A stretch of 64,000 bases of DNA from Eukaryota sp. TZLM1-RC. Taxonomy: Eukaryota > Protista > Metamonada: BaSk clade. The stretch is taken from NCBI GenBank assembly GCA_040285825.1, contig JAUPSS010000004.1, positions 1,526,088 to 1,590,087 on the forward strand. The letters are read 5' to 3'. The position numbers and the translations under genes were made by a program. Below, piece by piece: positions 1-12,409 of this stretch (within the stretch, counting starts at the first letter, position 1; each line of letters starts with the position of its first letter). The notes under the pieces are model-generated. The model did not search any database and was not told where the DNA came from. It saw only the letters and a list, made by a program, of their open reading frames with translations.

Positions 1-3000
1 AAATTGTAAAAAGTAAAATCAAAAGTATACAATTGAATGTTGTAAACTAATAAAACAATTGCTGTAAGTGTAAGAGTATCGTTTTGATACGATTTACTGA
101 GGCTCATATGAAGTTCCTAGTTTCGTATATTGACCAATGGTTGTTTATTACAATCATTGGTCAAATCTTTAAAGTCCATTTTGGGACAATTAATATAACA
201 ATTGTGGTGTTAAAGTCCGTGCTATGGTCATTTGAGTAGTCATTGGTTTGATTGGTTGAATGGTCATTGGTATGATTAGATGAGTTGCATGTAGTCTTTA
301 TGTACTAGATGTGATCAACTTGTGATCAAACTTTGTGTGAAATTGTGTGTTAGTAATGTTGGCTATGTGTTACTTGATCAGTACAAACTCATGATTACAT
401 TTTCAAATGATTTTGTATATATTTGAATTAATTGAGTGTATTAATTTTTAAACATTAAATTGTAAAAAAGTAAAAATCAAAAGTATACAATTGAATGTTG
501 TAAACTAATAAAACAATTGCTGTAAGTGTAAGAGTATCGTTTTGATACGATTTACTGAGGCTCATATGAAGTTCCTAGTTTCGTATATTGACCAATGGTT
601 GTTTATTACAATCATTGGTCAAATCTTAAAGTCCATTTTGGGACAATTAATATAACAATTGTGGTGTTAAAGTCCGTGCTATGGTCATTTGAGTAGTCAT
701 TGGTTTGATTGGTTGAATGGTCATTGGTATGATTTAGATGAGTTGCATGTAGTCTTTATGTACTAGATGTGATCAACTTGTGATCAAACTTTGTGTGAAA
801 TTGTGTGTTAGTAATGTTGGCTATGTGTTACTTGATCAGTACAAACTCATGATTACATTTTCAAATGATTTTGTATATATTTGAATTAATTGAGTGTATT
901 AATTTTTAAACATTAAATTGTAAAAAAGTAAAAATCAAAAGTATACAATTGAATGTTGTAAACTAATAAAACAATTGCTGTAAGTGTAAGAGTATCGTTT
1001 TGATACGATTTACTGAGGCTCATATGAAGTTCCTAGTTTCGTATATTGACCAATGGTTGTTTATTACAATCATTGGTCAAATCTTTAAAGTCCATTTTGG
1101 GACAATTAATATAACAATTGTGGTGTTAAAGTCCGTGCTATGGTCATTTGAGTAGTCATTGGTTTGATTGGTTGAATGGTCATTGGTGTGATTTAGATGA
1201 GTTGCATGTAGTCTTTATGTACTAGATGTGATCAACTTGTGATCAAACTTTGTGTGAAATTGTGTGTTAGTAATGTTGGCTATGTGTTACTTGATCAGTA
1301 CAAACTCATGATTACATTTTCAAATGATTTTGTATATATTTGAATTAATTGAGTGTATTAATTTTTAAACATTAAATTGTAAAAAAGTAAAAAATCAAAA
1401 GTATACAATTGAATGTTGTAAACTAATAAAACAATTGCTGTAAGTGTAAGAGTATCGTTTTGATACGATTTACTGAGGCTCATATGAAGTTCCTAGTTTC
1501 GTATATTGACCAATGGTTGTTTATTACAATCATTGGTCAAATCTTTAAAGTCCATTTTGGGACAATTAATATAACAATTGTGGTGTTAAAGTCCGTGCTA
1601 TGGTCATTTGAGTAGTCATTGGTTTGATTGGTTGAATGGTCATTGGTGTGATTTAGTGAGTTGCATGTAGTCTTTATGTACTAGATGTGATCAACTTGTG
1701 ATCAAACTTTGTGTGAAATTGTGTGTGAGTAATGTTGGCTATGTGTTACTTGATCAGTACAAACTCATGATTACATTTTCAAATGATTTTGTATATATTT
1801 GAATTAATTGAGTGTATTAATTTTTAAACATTAAATTGTAAAAAAGTAAAAATCAAAAGTATACAATTGAATGTTGTAAACTAATAAAACAATTGCTGTA
1901 AGTGTAAGAGTATCGTTTTGATACGATTTACTGAGGCTCATATGAAGTTCCTAGTTTCGTATATTGACCAATGGTTGTTTATTACAATCATTGGTCAAAT
2001 CTTTAAAGTCCATTTTGGGACAATTAATATAACAATTGTGGTGTTAAAGTCCGTGCTATGGTCATTTGAGTAGTCATTGGTTTGATTGGTTGAATGGTCA
2101 TTGGTGTGATTTAGATGAGTTGCATGTAGTCTTTATGTACTAGATGTGATCAACTTGTGATCAAACTTTGTGTGAAATTGTGTGTTAGTAATGTTGGCTA
2201 TGTGTTACTTGATCAGTACAAACTCATGATTACATTTTCAAATGATTTTTGTATATATTTGAATTAATTGAGTGTATTAATTTTTAAACATTAAATTGTA
2301 AAAAAGTAAAAATCAAAAGTATACAATTGAATGTTGTAAACTAATAAAACAATTGCTGTAAGTGTAAGAGTATCGTTTTTGATACGATTTACTGAGGCTC
2401 ATATGAAGTTCCTAGTTTCGTATATTGACCAATGGTTGTTTATTACAATCATTGGTCAAATCTTTAAAGTCCATTTTGGGACAATTAATATAACAATTGT
2501 GGTGTTAAAGTCCGTGCTATGGTCATTTGAGTAGTCATTGGTTTGATTGGTTGAATGGTCATTGGTGTGATTTGGTGAGTTGCATGTAGTCTTTATGTAC
2601 TAGATGTGATCAACTTGTGATCAAACTTTGTGTGAAATTGTGTGTGAGTAATGTTGGCTATGTGTTACTTGATCAGTACAAACTCATGATTACATTTTCA
2701 AATGATTTTGTATATATTTGAATTAATTGAGTGTATTAATTTTTAAACATTAAATTGTAAAAAGTAAAAATCAAAAGTATACAATTGAATGTTGTAAACT
2801 AATAAAACAATTGCTGTAAGTGTAAGAGTATCGTTTTGATACGATTTACTGAGGCTCATATGAAGTTCCTAGTTTCGTATATTGACCAATGGTTGTTTAT
2901 TACAATCATTGGTCAAATCTTTAAAGTCCATTTTGGGACAATTAATATAACAATTGTGGTGTTAAAGTCCGTGCTATGGTCATTTGAGTAGTCATTGGTT

Positions 3001-5407
3001 TGATTGGTTGAATGGTCATTGGTGTGATTAGATGAGTTGCATGTAGTCCTTATGTACTAGATGTGATCAACTTGTGATCAAACTTTGTGTGAAATTGTGT
3101 GTGAGTAATGTTGGCTATGTGTTACTTGATCAGTACAAACTCATGATTACATTTTCAAATGATTTTGTATATATTTGAATTAATTGAGTGTATTAATTTT
3201 TAAACATTAAATTGTAAAAAAGTAAAAATCAAAAGTATACAATTGAATGTTGTAAACTAATAAAACAATTGCTGTAAGTGTAAGAGTATCGTTTTGATAC
3301 GATTTACTGAGGCTCATATGAAGTTCCTAGTTTCGTATATTGACCAATGGTTGTTTATTACAATCATTGGTCAAATCTTTAAAGTCCATTTTGGGACAAT
3401 TAATATAACAATTGTGGTGTTAAAGTCCGTGCTATGGTCATTTGAGTAGTCATTGGTTTGATTGGTTGAATGGTCATTGGTGTGATTTAGATGAGTTGCA
3501 TGTAGTCTTTATGTACTAGATGTGATCAACTTGTGATCAAACTTTGTGTGAAATTGTGTGTTAGTAATGTTGGCTATGTGTTACTTGATCAGTACAAACT
3601 CATGATTACATTTTCAAATGATTTTGTATATATTTGAATTAATTGAGTGTATTAATTTTTAAACATTAAATTGTAAAAAAGTAAAAATCAAAAGTATACA
3701 ATTGAATGTTGTAAACTAATAAAACAATTGCTGTAAGTGTAAGAGTATCGTTTTTGATACGATTTACTGAGGCTCATATGAAGTTCCTAGTTTCGTATAT
3801 TGACCAATGGTTGTTTATTACAATCATTGGTCAAATCTTAAAGTCCATTTTGGGACAATTAATATAACAATTGTGGTGTTAAAGTCCGTGCTATGGTCAT
3901 TTGAGTAGTCATTGGTTTGATTGGTTGAATGGTCATTGGTATGATTAGATGAGTTGCATGTAGTCTTTATGTACTAGATGTGATCAACTTGTGATCAAAC
4001 TTTGTGTGAAATTGTGTGTGAGTAATGTTGGCTATGTGTTACTTGATCAGTACAAACTCATGATTACATTTTCAAATGATTTTGTATATATTTGAATTAA
4101 TTGAGTGTATTAATTTTTAAACATTAAATTGTAAAAAAAGTAAAAAATCAAAAGTATACAATTGAATGTTGTAAACTAATAAAACAATTGCTGTAAGTGT
4201 AAGAGTATCGTTTTGATACGATTTACTGAGGCTCATATGAAGTTCCTAGTTTCGTATATTGACCAATGGTTGTTTATTACAATCATTGGTCAAATCTTTA
4301 AAAGTCCATTTTGGGACAATTAATATAACAATTGTGGTGTTAAAGTCCGTGCTATGGTCATTTGATTAGTCATTGGTATGATTGGTTGAATGGTCATTGG
4401 TATGATTAGATGAGTTGCATGTAGTCTTTATGTACTAGATGTGATCAACTTGTGATCAAACTTTGTGTGAAATTGTGTGTTAGTAATGTTGGCTATGTGT
4501 TACTTGATCAGTACAAACTCATGATTACATTTTCAAATGATTTTGTATATATTTGAATTAATTGAGTGTATTAATTTTTAAACATTAAATTGTAAAAAAG
4601 TAAAAAATCAAAAGTATACAATTGAATGTTGTAAACTAATAAAACAATTGCTGTAAGTGTAAGAGTATCGTTTTGATACGATTTACTGAGGCTCATATGA
4701 AGTTCCTAGTTTCGTATATTGACCAATGGTTGTTTATTACAATCATTGGTCAAATCTTTAAAGTCCATTTTGGGACAATTAATATAACAATTGTGGTGTT
4801 AAAGTCCGTGCTATGGTCATTTGATTAGTCATTGGTATGATTGGTTGAATGGTCATTGGTATGATTAGATGAGTTGCATGTAGTCTTTATGTACTAGATG
4901 TGATCAACTTGTGATCAAACTTTGTGTGAAATTGTGTGTGAGTAATGTTGGCTATGTGTTACTTGATCAGTACAAACTCATGATTACATTTTCAAATGAT
5001 TTTGTATATATTTGAATTAATTGAGTGTATTAATTTTTAAACATTAAATTGTAAAAAAGTAAAAAATCAAAAGTATACAATTGAATGTTGTAAACTAATA
5101 AAACAATTGCTGTAAGTGTAAGAGTATCGTTTTGATACGATTTACTGAGGCTCATATGAAGTTCCTAGTTTCGTATATTGACCAATGGTTGTTTATTACA
5201 ATCATTGGTCAAATCTTTAAAGTCCATTTTGGGACAATTAATATAACAATTGTGGTGTTAAAGTCCGTGCTATGGTCATTTGAGTAGTCATTGGTTTGAT
5301 TGGTTGAATGGTCATTGGTGTGATTTGGTGAGTTGCATGTAGTCTTTATGTACTAGATGTGATCAACTTGTGATCAAACTTTGTGTGAAATTGTGTGAGT
5401 AATGTTG
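1..5407 (+). repeat. ~459-bp tandem repeat (R1), about 11.8 units visible; unit = 28S 3'-terminal ~70 nt plus 3' flank; array continues past the window start
   Basis: The anchor ATTGCTGTAAGTGTAAGAG recurs at 58, 516, 974, 1434, 1892, 2352, 2810, 3268, 3727, 4187, 4647 and 5106. It matches the sequence at and after the 28S end (18397-18830). Confidence 0.97.
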
Positions 5408-8400
5408 TAATACATTGTTGCATGAACTTTTACATTGATAAAGAAAATTATTTTACTTTTGTTATTTGACAGAAACAAAAAAATAAATTCCAAAAAATTT
5501 ACAGTTTCACTTTCATTTTGAATGTATTCTAGAAACAGATATCGTTTGTTTGATTTGAATCAAAAGGTGATCGTTTGTATATGGCAACGGTAACGCTATT
5601 TTCTGCACGATTATCATTCTTTGATTAGGTCAGTATCTTTTCAAAATTTAAGAGCTTTATACATCATTAAAACCAATGTTCATGTCATTCATTTGATTTG
5701 AATTCCTTTGTTGATAATCTTTTACAACATTTGCGACAATTTATACATGGTTATCTTGCCTTTGAAAAATGGAAACGAATGGCGCATTTTACAAGAGAAG
5801 TTTTCAAGTTTATAAATACAGCATGTGTTCTTGATCACATTTTGGTGTAAAAAACATTGTTGCGTGAACTTTTACATTGATAAAGAAGTTTTTCTTTTTT
5901 ATTAAACATAAATAAAAAATAAGTTTAAAATTTCATAAATTCAACAAACACTTTTATTGCAAAATCAGTACACGAAACTAGATGCTCTATTGATCAAAAA
6001 TACTGCACCAAAAAGCTAAAACAATTTGGCATAGTTTTCATTTGAAATCCCCATTTCTTATATGACAAAAAGACTCCACACTTGACAATAAATCTTTGAA
6101 TTGTAATATCCATATGAGTGTTTCAAACGCTGTTGAATGTTATTGTGTTTTCACACTTTCTGTGAAAACATGCTTATGCACAAGTGATACAAGGCAGGTT
6201 TGATACATGAAGAAATGATTTATGTATTCTGTTTCAATGGCAATCTTGAAAACAATAGTGTTGGCAGAAAAGATGATGTATGTACTGAAAAGAATACTGT
6301 CCAGGAAAACTTTATTACGATAGAGTCTTCATCAAGAAGAAAGTACAACGGTGAAGACATCAAGCCAATCCATGAACAATTGAGATCAAAAGAGTGATTG
6401 AGTCAAACGAAACACTTACAATAACCGATAGGTACAAGATTTACGGAATAGAAATCCAAAATGCGCTAGGCAAGGCTGCTGCACTGATGGCAATTGTGAT
6501 GTCTACCCTTCTGCCCCGAAGAATCATGGCACTAAGAGTATAATGTGTTTGAAGTTACAGACGCATCCCAAAGTCGGAGTACGGAAATGAAAAAAACCGC
6601 AGAAGGTTGCTCAGGTTGGAGGTTTCAAACTTCAGATTTTCCAATTTTGACATTGGAATTTTACCAACCCTTAATGCAATTAATTTTGGTTTTGCTTTCC
6701 TGTTTTCTGCATGTGTTCGTATATGGCAACGGTTACGCTAACTTCTGTACGATTATCATTCTTTTGATTAGATTAGTATTTCTTTCAAAATTTTGAGCTT
6801 TATACATCATTAAAACCAATGTTCATGTCATTCATTTGATTTGAATTCCTTTGTTGATAATCTTTTACAACATTTGCGACAATTTATACATGGTTATCTT
6901 GCCTTTGAAAAATGGAAACGAATGGCGCATTTTACAAGAGAAGTTTTCAAGTTTATAAATACAGCATGTGTTCTTGATCACATTTTGGTGTAAAAAACAT
7001 TGTTGCGTGAACTTTTACATTGATAAAGAAGTTTTTCTTTTTTTATTAAACATAAATAAAAAATAAGTTTAAAATTTCATAAATTCAACAAACACTTTTA
7101 TTGCAAAATCAGTACACGAAACTAGATGCTCTATTGATCAAAAATACTGCACCAAAAAGCTAAAACAATTTGTCATAGTTTTCATTTGAAATCCCCATTT
7201 CTTATATGACAAAAAGACTCCACACTTGACAATAAATCTTTGAATTGTAATATCCATATGAGTGTTTCAAACGCTGTTGAATGTTATTGTGTTTTCACAC
7301 TTTCTGTGAAAACATGCTTATGCACAAGTGATACAAGGCAGGTTTGATACATGAAGAAATGATTTATGTATTCTGTTTCAATGGCAATCTTGAAAACAAT
7401 AGTGTTGGCAGAAAAGATGATGTATGTACTGAAAAGAATACTGTCCAGGAAAACTTTATTATGATAGAGTCTTCATCAAAAGAAAGTACAACGGTGAAGA
7501 CATCAAGCCAATCCATGAACAATTGAGATCAAAAGAGTGATTGAGTCAAACGAAACACTTACAATAACCGATAGGTACAAAGATTTACGGAATAGAAATC
7601 CAAAATGCGCTAGGCAAGGCTGCTGCACTGATGGCAATCGTGATGCCTACCCTTCTGCCCCAAGAATCATGGCACTAAGAGTATAATGTGTTTGAAGTTA
7701 CAGACGCATCCCAAAGTCGGAGTACGGAAATGAAAAAACCGCAGAAGGTTGCTCAGGTTGGAAGATCAGATTTTGGGTCTGGTTTCAAACTTCAGATTTT
7801 CCAATTTTGACATTGGAATTTTACCAACCATAATGCAATTAATTTTGGTTTTGCTTTCCTGTTTTCTGCATGTGTTCGTATATGGCAACGGTAACGCTAA
7901 TTTCTGTACGATTATCATTCTTTTGATTAGATTAGTATTTCTTTCAAAATTTTGAGCTTTATGCATCATTGAAACCAATGTTCATGTCATTGATCTGATT
8001 TAAATTCTTTGTTGATAATCCTTTTGCAACTGTTGCGACAATTTATACATGGTTATCTTGCCTTTAAAAAAATCGAAACGAATGGCGCAATTTACAGGAG
8101 AAGTTTTCAATTTATGAATAGCACCACTGGTTTTGATCACATTTTGGTGTAAAAAACATTGTTGCGTGAACTTTTACATTGATAAAGAAAATTATTTTAC
8201 TTTTGTTATTTGACAGAAACAAAAAATAAATTCCAAAAATTTACAGTTTCACTTTCATTTTGAATGTATTCTAGAAACAGATATCATTTGTTTGACTTGA
8301 ATCAAAAGGTGATCGTTTGTATATGGCAACGGTAACGCTATTTTCTGCACGATTATCATTCTTTTGATTAGGTCAGTATCTTTTCAAAATTTATGAGCTT

Positions 8401-11400
8401 TATACATCATTAAAACCAATGTTCATGTCATTCATTTGATTTGAATTCCTTTGTTGATAATCTTTTACAACATTTGCGACAATTTATACATGGTTATCTT
8501 GCCTTTGAAAAATGGAAACGAATGGCGCATTTTACATGAGAAGTTTTCAAGTTTATAAATACAGCATGTGTTCTTGATCACATTTTGGTGTAGAAAAACA
8601 TTGTTGCGTGAACTTTTACATTGATAAAGAAAATTATTTTACTTTTGTTATTTGACAGAAACAAAAAATAAATTCCAAAAAATTTACAGTTTCACTTTCA
8701 TTTTGAATGTATTCTAGAAACAGATATCGTTTGTTTGATTTGAATCAAAAGGTGATCGTTTGTATATGGCAACGGTAACGCTATTTTCTGCACGATTATC
8801 ATTCTTTGATTAGGTCAGTATCTTTTCAAAATTTATGAGCTTTATACATCATTAAAACCAATGTTCATGTCATTCATTTGATTTGAATTCCTTTGTTGAT
8901 AATCTTTTTACAACATTTGCGACAATTTATACATGGTTATCTTGCCTTTGAAAAAATGGAAACGAATGGCGCATTTTACAAGAGAAGTTTTCAAGTTTAT
9001 AAATACAGCATGTGTTCTTGATCACATTTTGGTGTAAAAAACATTGTTGCGTGAACTTTTACATTGATAAAGAAAATTATTTTACTTTTGTTATTTGACA
9101 GAAACAAAAAATAAATTCCAAAAATTTACAATTTCACTTTCATTTTGAATGTATTCTAGAAACAGATATCGTTTGTTTGATTTGAATCAAAAGGTGATCG
9201 TTTGTATATGGCAACGGTAACGCTATTTTCTGCACGATTATCATTCTTTTGATTAGGTCAGTATCTTTTCAAAATTTAAGAGCTTTATACATCATTAAAA
9301 CCAATGTTCATGTCATTCATTTGATTTGAATTCCTTTGTTGATAATCTTTTACAACATTTGCGACAATTTATACATGGTTATCTTGCCTTTGAAAAATGG
9401 AAACGAATGGCGCATTTTACAAGAGAAGTTTTCAAGTTTATAAATACAGCATGTGTTCTTGATCACATTTTTGGTGTAGAAAACATTGTTGCATGAACTT
9501 TACATTGATAAAGAAAATTATTTTACTTTTGTTATTTCACGAAACAAAAATAAATTCAAAAATTTACAATTTCACTTTCATTTTGAATGTATTCTAGAAA
9601 CAGATATCGTTTGTTTGATTTGAATCAAAGGTGATCGTTTGTATATGGCAACGGTAACGCTATTTTCTGCACGATTATCATTCTTTTGATTAGGTCAGTA
9701 TCTTTTCAAAATTTAAGAGCTTTATACATCATTAAAACCAATGTTCATGTCATTCATTTGATTTGAATTCCTTTGTTGATAATCTTTTACAACATTTGCG
9801 ACAATTTATACATGGTTATCTTGCCTTTGAAAAATGGAAACGAATGGCGCATTTTACAAGAGAAGTTTTCAAGTTTATAAATACAACATGTGTTCTTGAT
9901 CACATTTTTGGTGTAAAAAAACATTGTTGCGTGAACTTTTACATTGATAAAGAAGTTTTTCTTTTTTATTAAACATAAATAAAAAATAAGTTTAAAATTT
10001 CATAAATTCAACAAACACTTTTATTGCAAAATCAGTACACGAAACTAGATGCTCTATTGATCAAAAATACTGCACCAAAAAGCTAAAACAATTTGTCATA
10101 GTTTTCATTTGAAATCCCCATTTCTTATATGACAAAAAAGACTCCACACTTGACAATAAATCTTTGAATTGTAATATCCATATGAGTGTTTCAAACGCTG
10201 TTGAATGTTATTGTGTTTTCACACTTTCTGTGAAAACATGCTTATGCACAAGTGATACAAGGCAGGTTTGATACATGAAGAAATGATTTATGTATTCTGT
10301 TTCAATGGCAATCTTGAAAACAATAGTGTTGGCAGAAAAGATGATGTATGTACTGAAAAGAATACTGTCCAGGAAAACTTTATTATGATAGAGTCTTCAT
10401 CAAAGAAAGTACAACGGTGAAGACATCAAGCCAATCCATGAACAATTGAGATCAAAAGAGTGATTGAGTCAAACGAAACACTTACAATAACCGATAGGTA
10501 CAAGATTTACGGAATAGAAAGCCAAAATGCGCTAGGCAAGGCTGCTGCACTGATGGCAATTGTGATGTCTACCCTTCTGCCCCCAAGAATCATGGCACTA
10601 AGAGTATAATGTGTTTGAAGTTACAGACGCATCCCAAAGTCGGAGTACGGAAATGAGAAAAACCGCAGAAGGTTGCTCAGGTTGGAAGATCAGATTTTGG
10701 GTCTGGTTTCAAACTTCAGATTTTCCAATTTTGACATTGGAATTTTACCAACCCATCATCCAATAGATTTTGGTTCTGTTGATTTGTTTTCTGCATGTGT
10801 TTGTATATGGCAACGGTAACGCTAATTTCTGTACGATTATCATTCTTTTGATTAGATTAGTATTTCTTTCAAAATTTTGAGCTTTATGCATCATTGAAAC
10901 CAATGTTCATGTCATTGATCTGATTTAAATTCTTTTGTTGATAATCCTTTTGCAATTGTTGTGACAATTTATACATGGTTATCTTGCCTTTAAAAAAATC
11001 GAAACGAATGGCGCAATTTACAGGAGAAGTTTTCAATTTATGAATAGCACCACTGGTTTTTGATCACATTTTTGGTGTAAAAAAACATTGTTGCGTGAAC
11101 TTTTACATTGATAAAGAAAATTATTTTACTTTTGTTATTTGACAGAAACAAAAAATAAATTCCAAAAAATTTACAGTTTCACTTTCATTTTGAATGTATT
11201 CTAGAAACAGATATCGTTTGTTTGATTTGAATCAAAAGGTGATCGTTTGTATATGGCAACGGTAACGCTATTTTCTGCACGATTATCATTCTTTTGATTA
11301 GGTCAGTATCTTTTCAAAATTTATGAGCTTTATACATCATTAAAACCAATGTTCATGTCATTCATTTGATTTGAATTCCTTTGTTGATAATCTTTTTACA

Positions 11401-12409
11401 ACATTTGCGACAATTTATACATGGTTATTTTGCCTTTGAAAAATGGAAACGAATGGCGCATTTTACAAGAGAAGTTTTCAAGTTTATAAATACAGCATGT
11501 GTTCTTGATCACATTTTTGGTGTAAAAAACATTGTTGCGTGAACTTTTACATTGATAAAGAAATTTTTCTTTTTTTTATTAAACATAAATAAAAAATAAG
11601 TTTAAAATTTCATAAATTCAACAAACACTTTTATTGCAAAATCAGTACACAAAACTAGATGCTCTATTGATCAAAAATACTGCACCAAAAAAAGCTAAAA
11701 CAATTTGTCATAGTTTTCATTTGAAATCCCCATTTCTTATATGACAAAAAGACTCCACACTTGACAATAAATCTTTGAATTGTAATATCCATATGAGTGT
11801 TTCAAACGCTGTTGAATGTTATTGTGTTTTCACACTTTCTGTGAAAACATGCTTATGCACAAGTGATACAAGGCAGGTTTGATACATGAAGAAATGATTT
11901 ATGTATTCTGTTTCAATGGCAATCTTGAAAACAATAGTGTTGGCAGAAAAGATGATGTATGTACTGAAAAGAATACTGTCCAGGAAAACTTTATTATGAT
12001 AGAGTCTTCATCAAGAAGAAAGTACAACGGTGAAGACATCAAGCCAATCCATGAACAATTGAGATCAAAACAGTGATTGAGTCAAACGAAACACTTACAA
12101 TAACCGATAGGTACAAGATTTACGGAATAGAAAGCCAAAATGCGCTAGGCAAGGCTGCTGCACTGATGGCAATTGTGATGTCTACCCTTCTGCCCCCAAG
12201 AATCATGGCACTAAGAGTATAATGTGTTTGAAGTTACAGACGCATCCCAAAGTCGGAGTACGGAAATGAGAAAAACCGCAGAAGGTTGCTCAGGTTGGAA
12301 GATCAGATTTTGGGTCTGGTTTCAAACTTCAGATTTTCCAATTTTGACATTGGAATTTTACCAACCCATCATCCAATTGATTTTGGTTCTGTTGATTTGT
12401 TTTTGTATA
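5408..12409 (+). repeat. IGS modular array: core C alternating with S or L; order S L L SSSS L S L
   Basis: Core GTATATGGCAACGG...CATTGATAAAGAA (e.g. 11249-11562), S e.g. 11119-11248, L e.g. 11563-12404. L anchors (TTGATACATGAAG) at 6200, 7344, ~10268 and 11879. Confidence 0.95.

Noticed and set aside
6200-6397. Repeated 65-aa ORF MIHEE...KRKYNG (most L copies), with a faint echo of the Merlin/IS1595 transposase DE..KRKYN motif
   Set aside because: It has a TTG start, is short, is frameshifted in several copies, and has no DDE continuation, terminal inverted repeats or target-site duplication. Its recurrence just reflects repeat identity.
12160-12190. Hammerhead ribozyme in the repeat (CTGATGG)
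   Set aside because: The core is not CUGANGA and no GAAA follows the stem.
12246-12276. SRP RNA helix-8-like CCCAAAGTCGGAGTACGGA
   Set aside because: The conserved AGG/AGCAG internal loop and GNRA cap are absent.
12180-12297. Functional 5S rRNA gene in the IGS
   Set aside because: Only scattered landmarks are present. It lacks CCAUA, the GAUCYC and GAWCU motifs, helices II/III and a downstream T-run. I saw no 5S on either strand.
12286-12340. tRNA-like A box (TTGCTCAGGTTGG), B box (GGTTTCAAAC) and CCA
   Set aside because: Box spacing is too short, there is no acceptor stem or 7-nt anticodon loop, and the B box is non-canonical.
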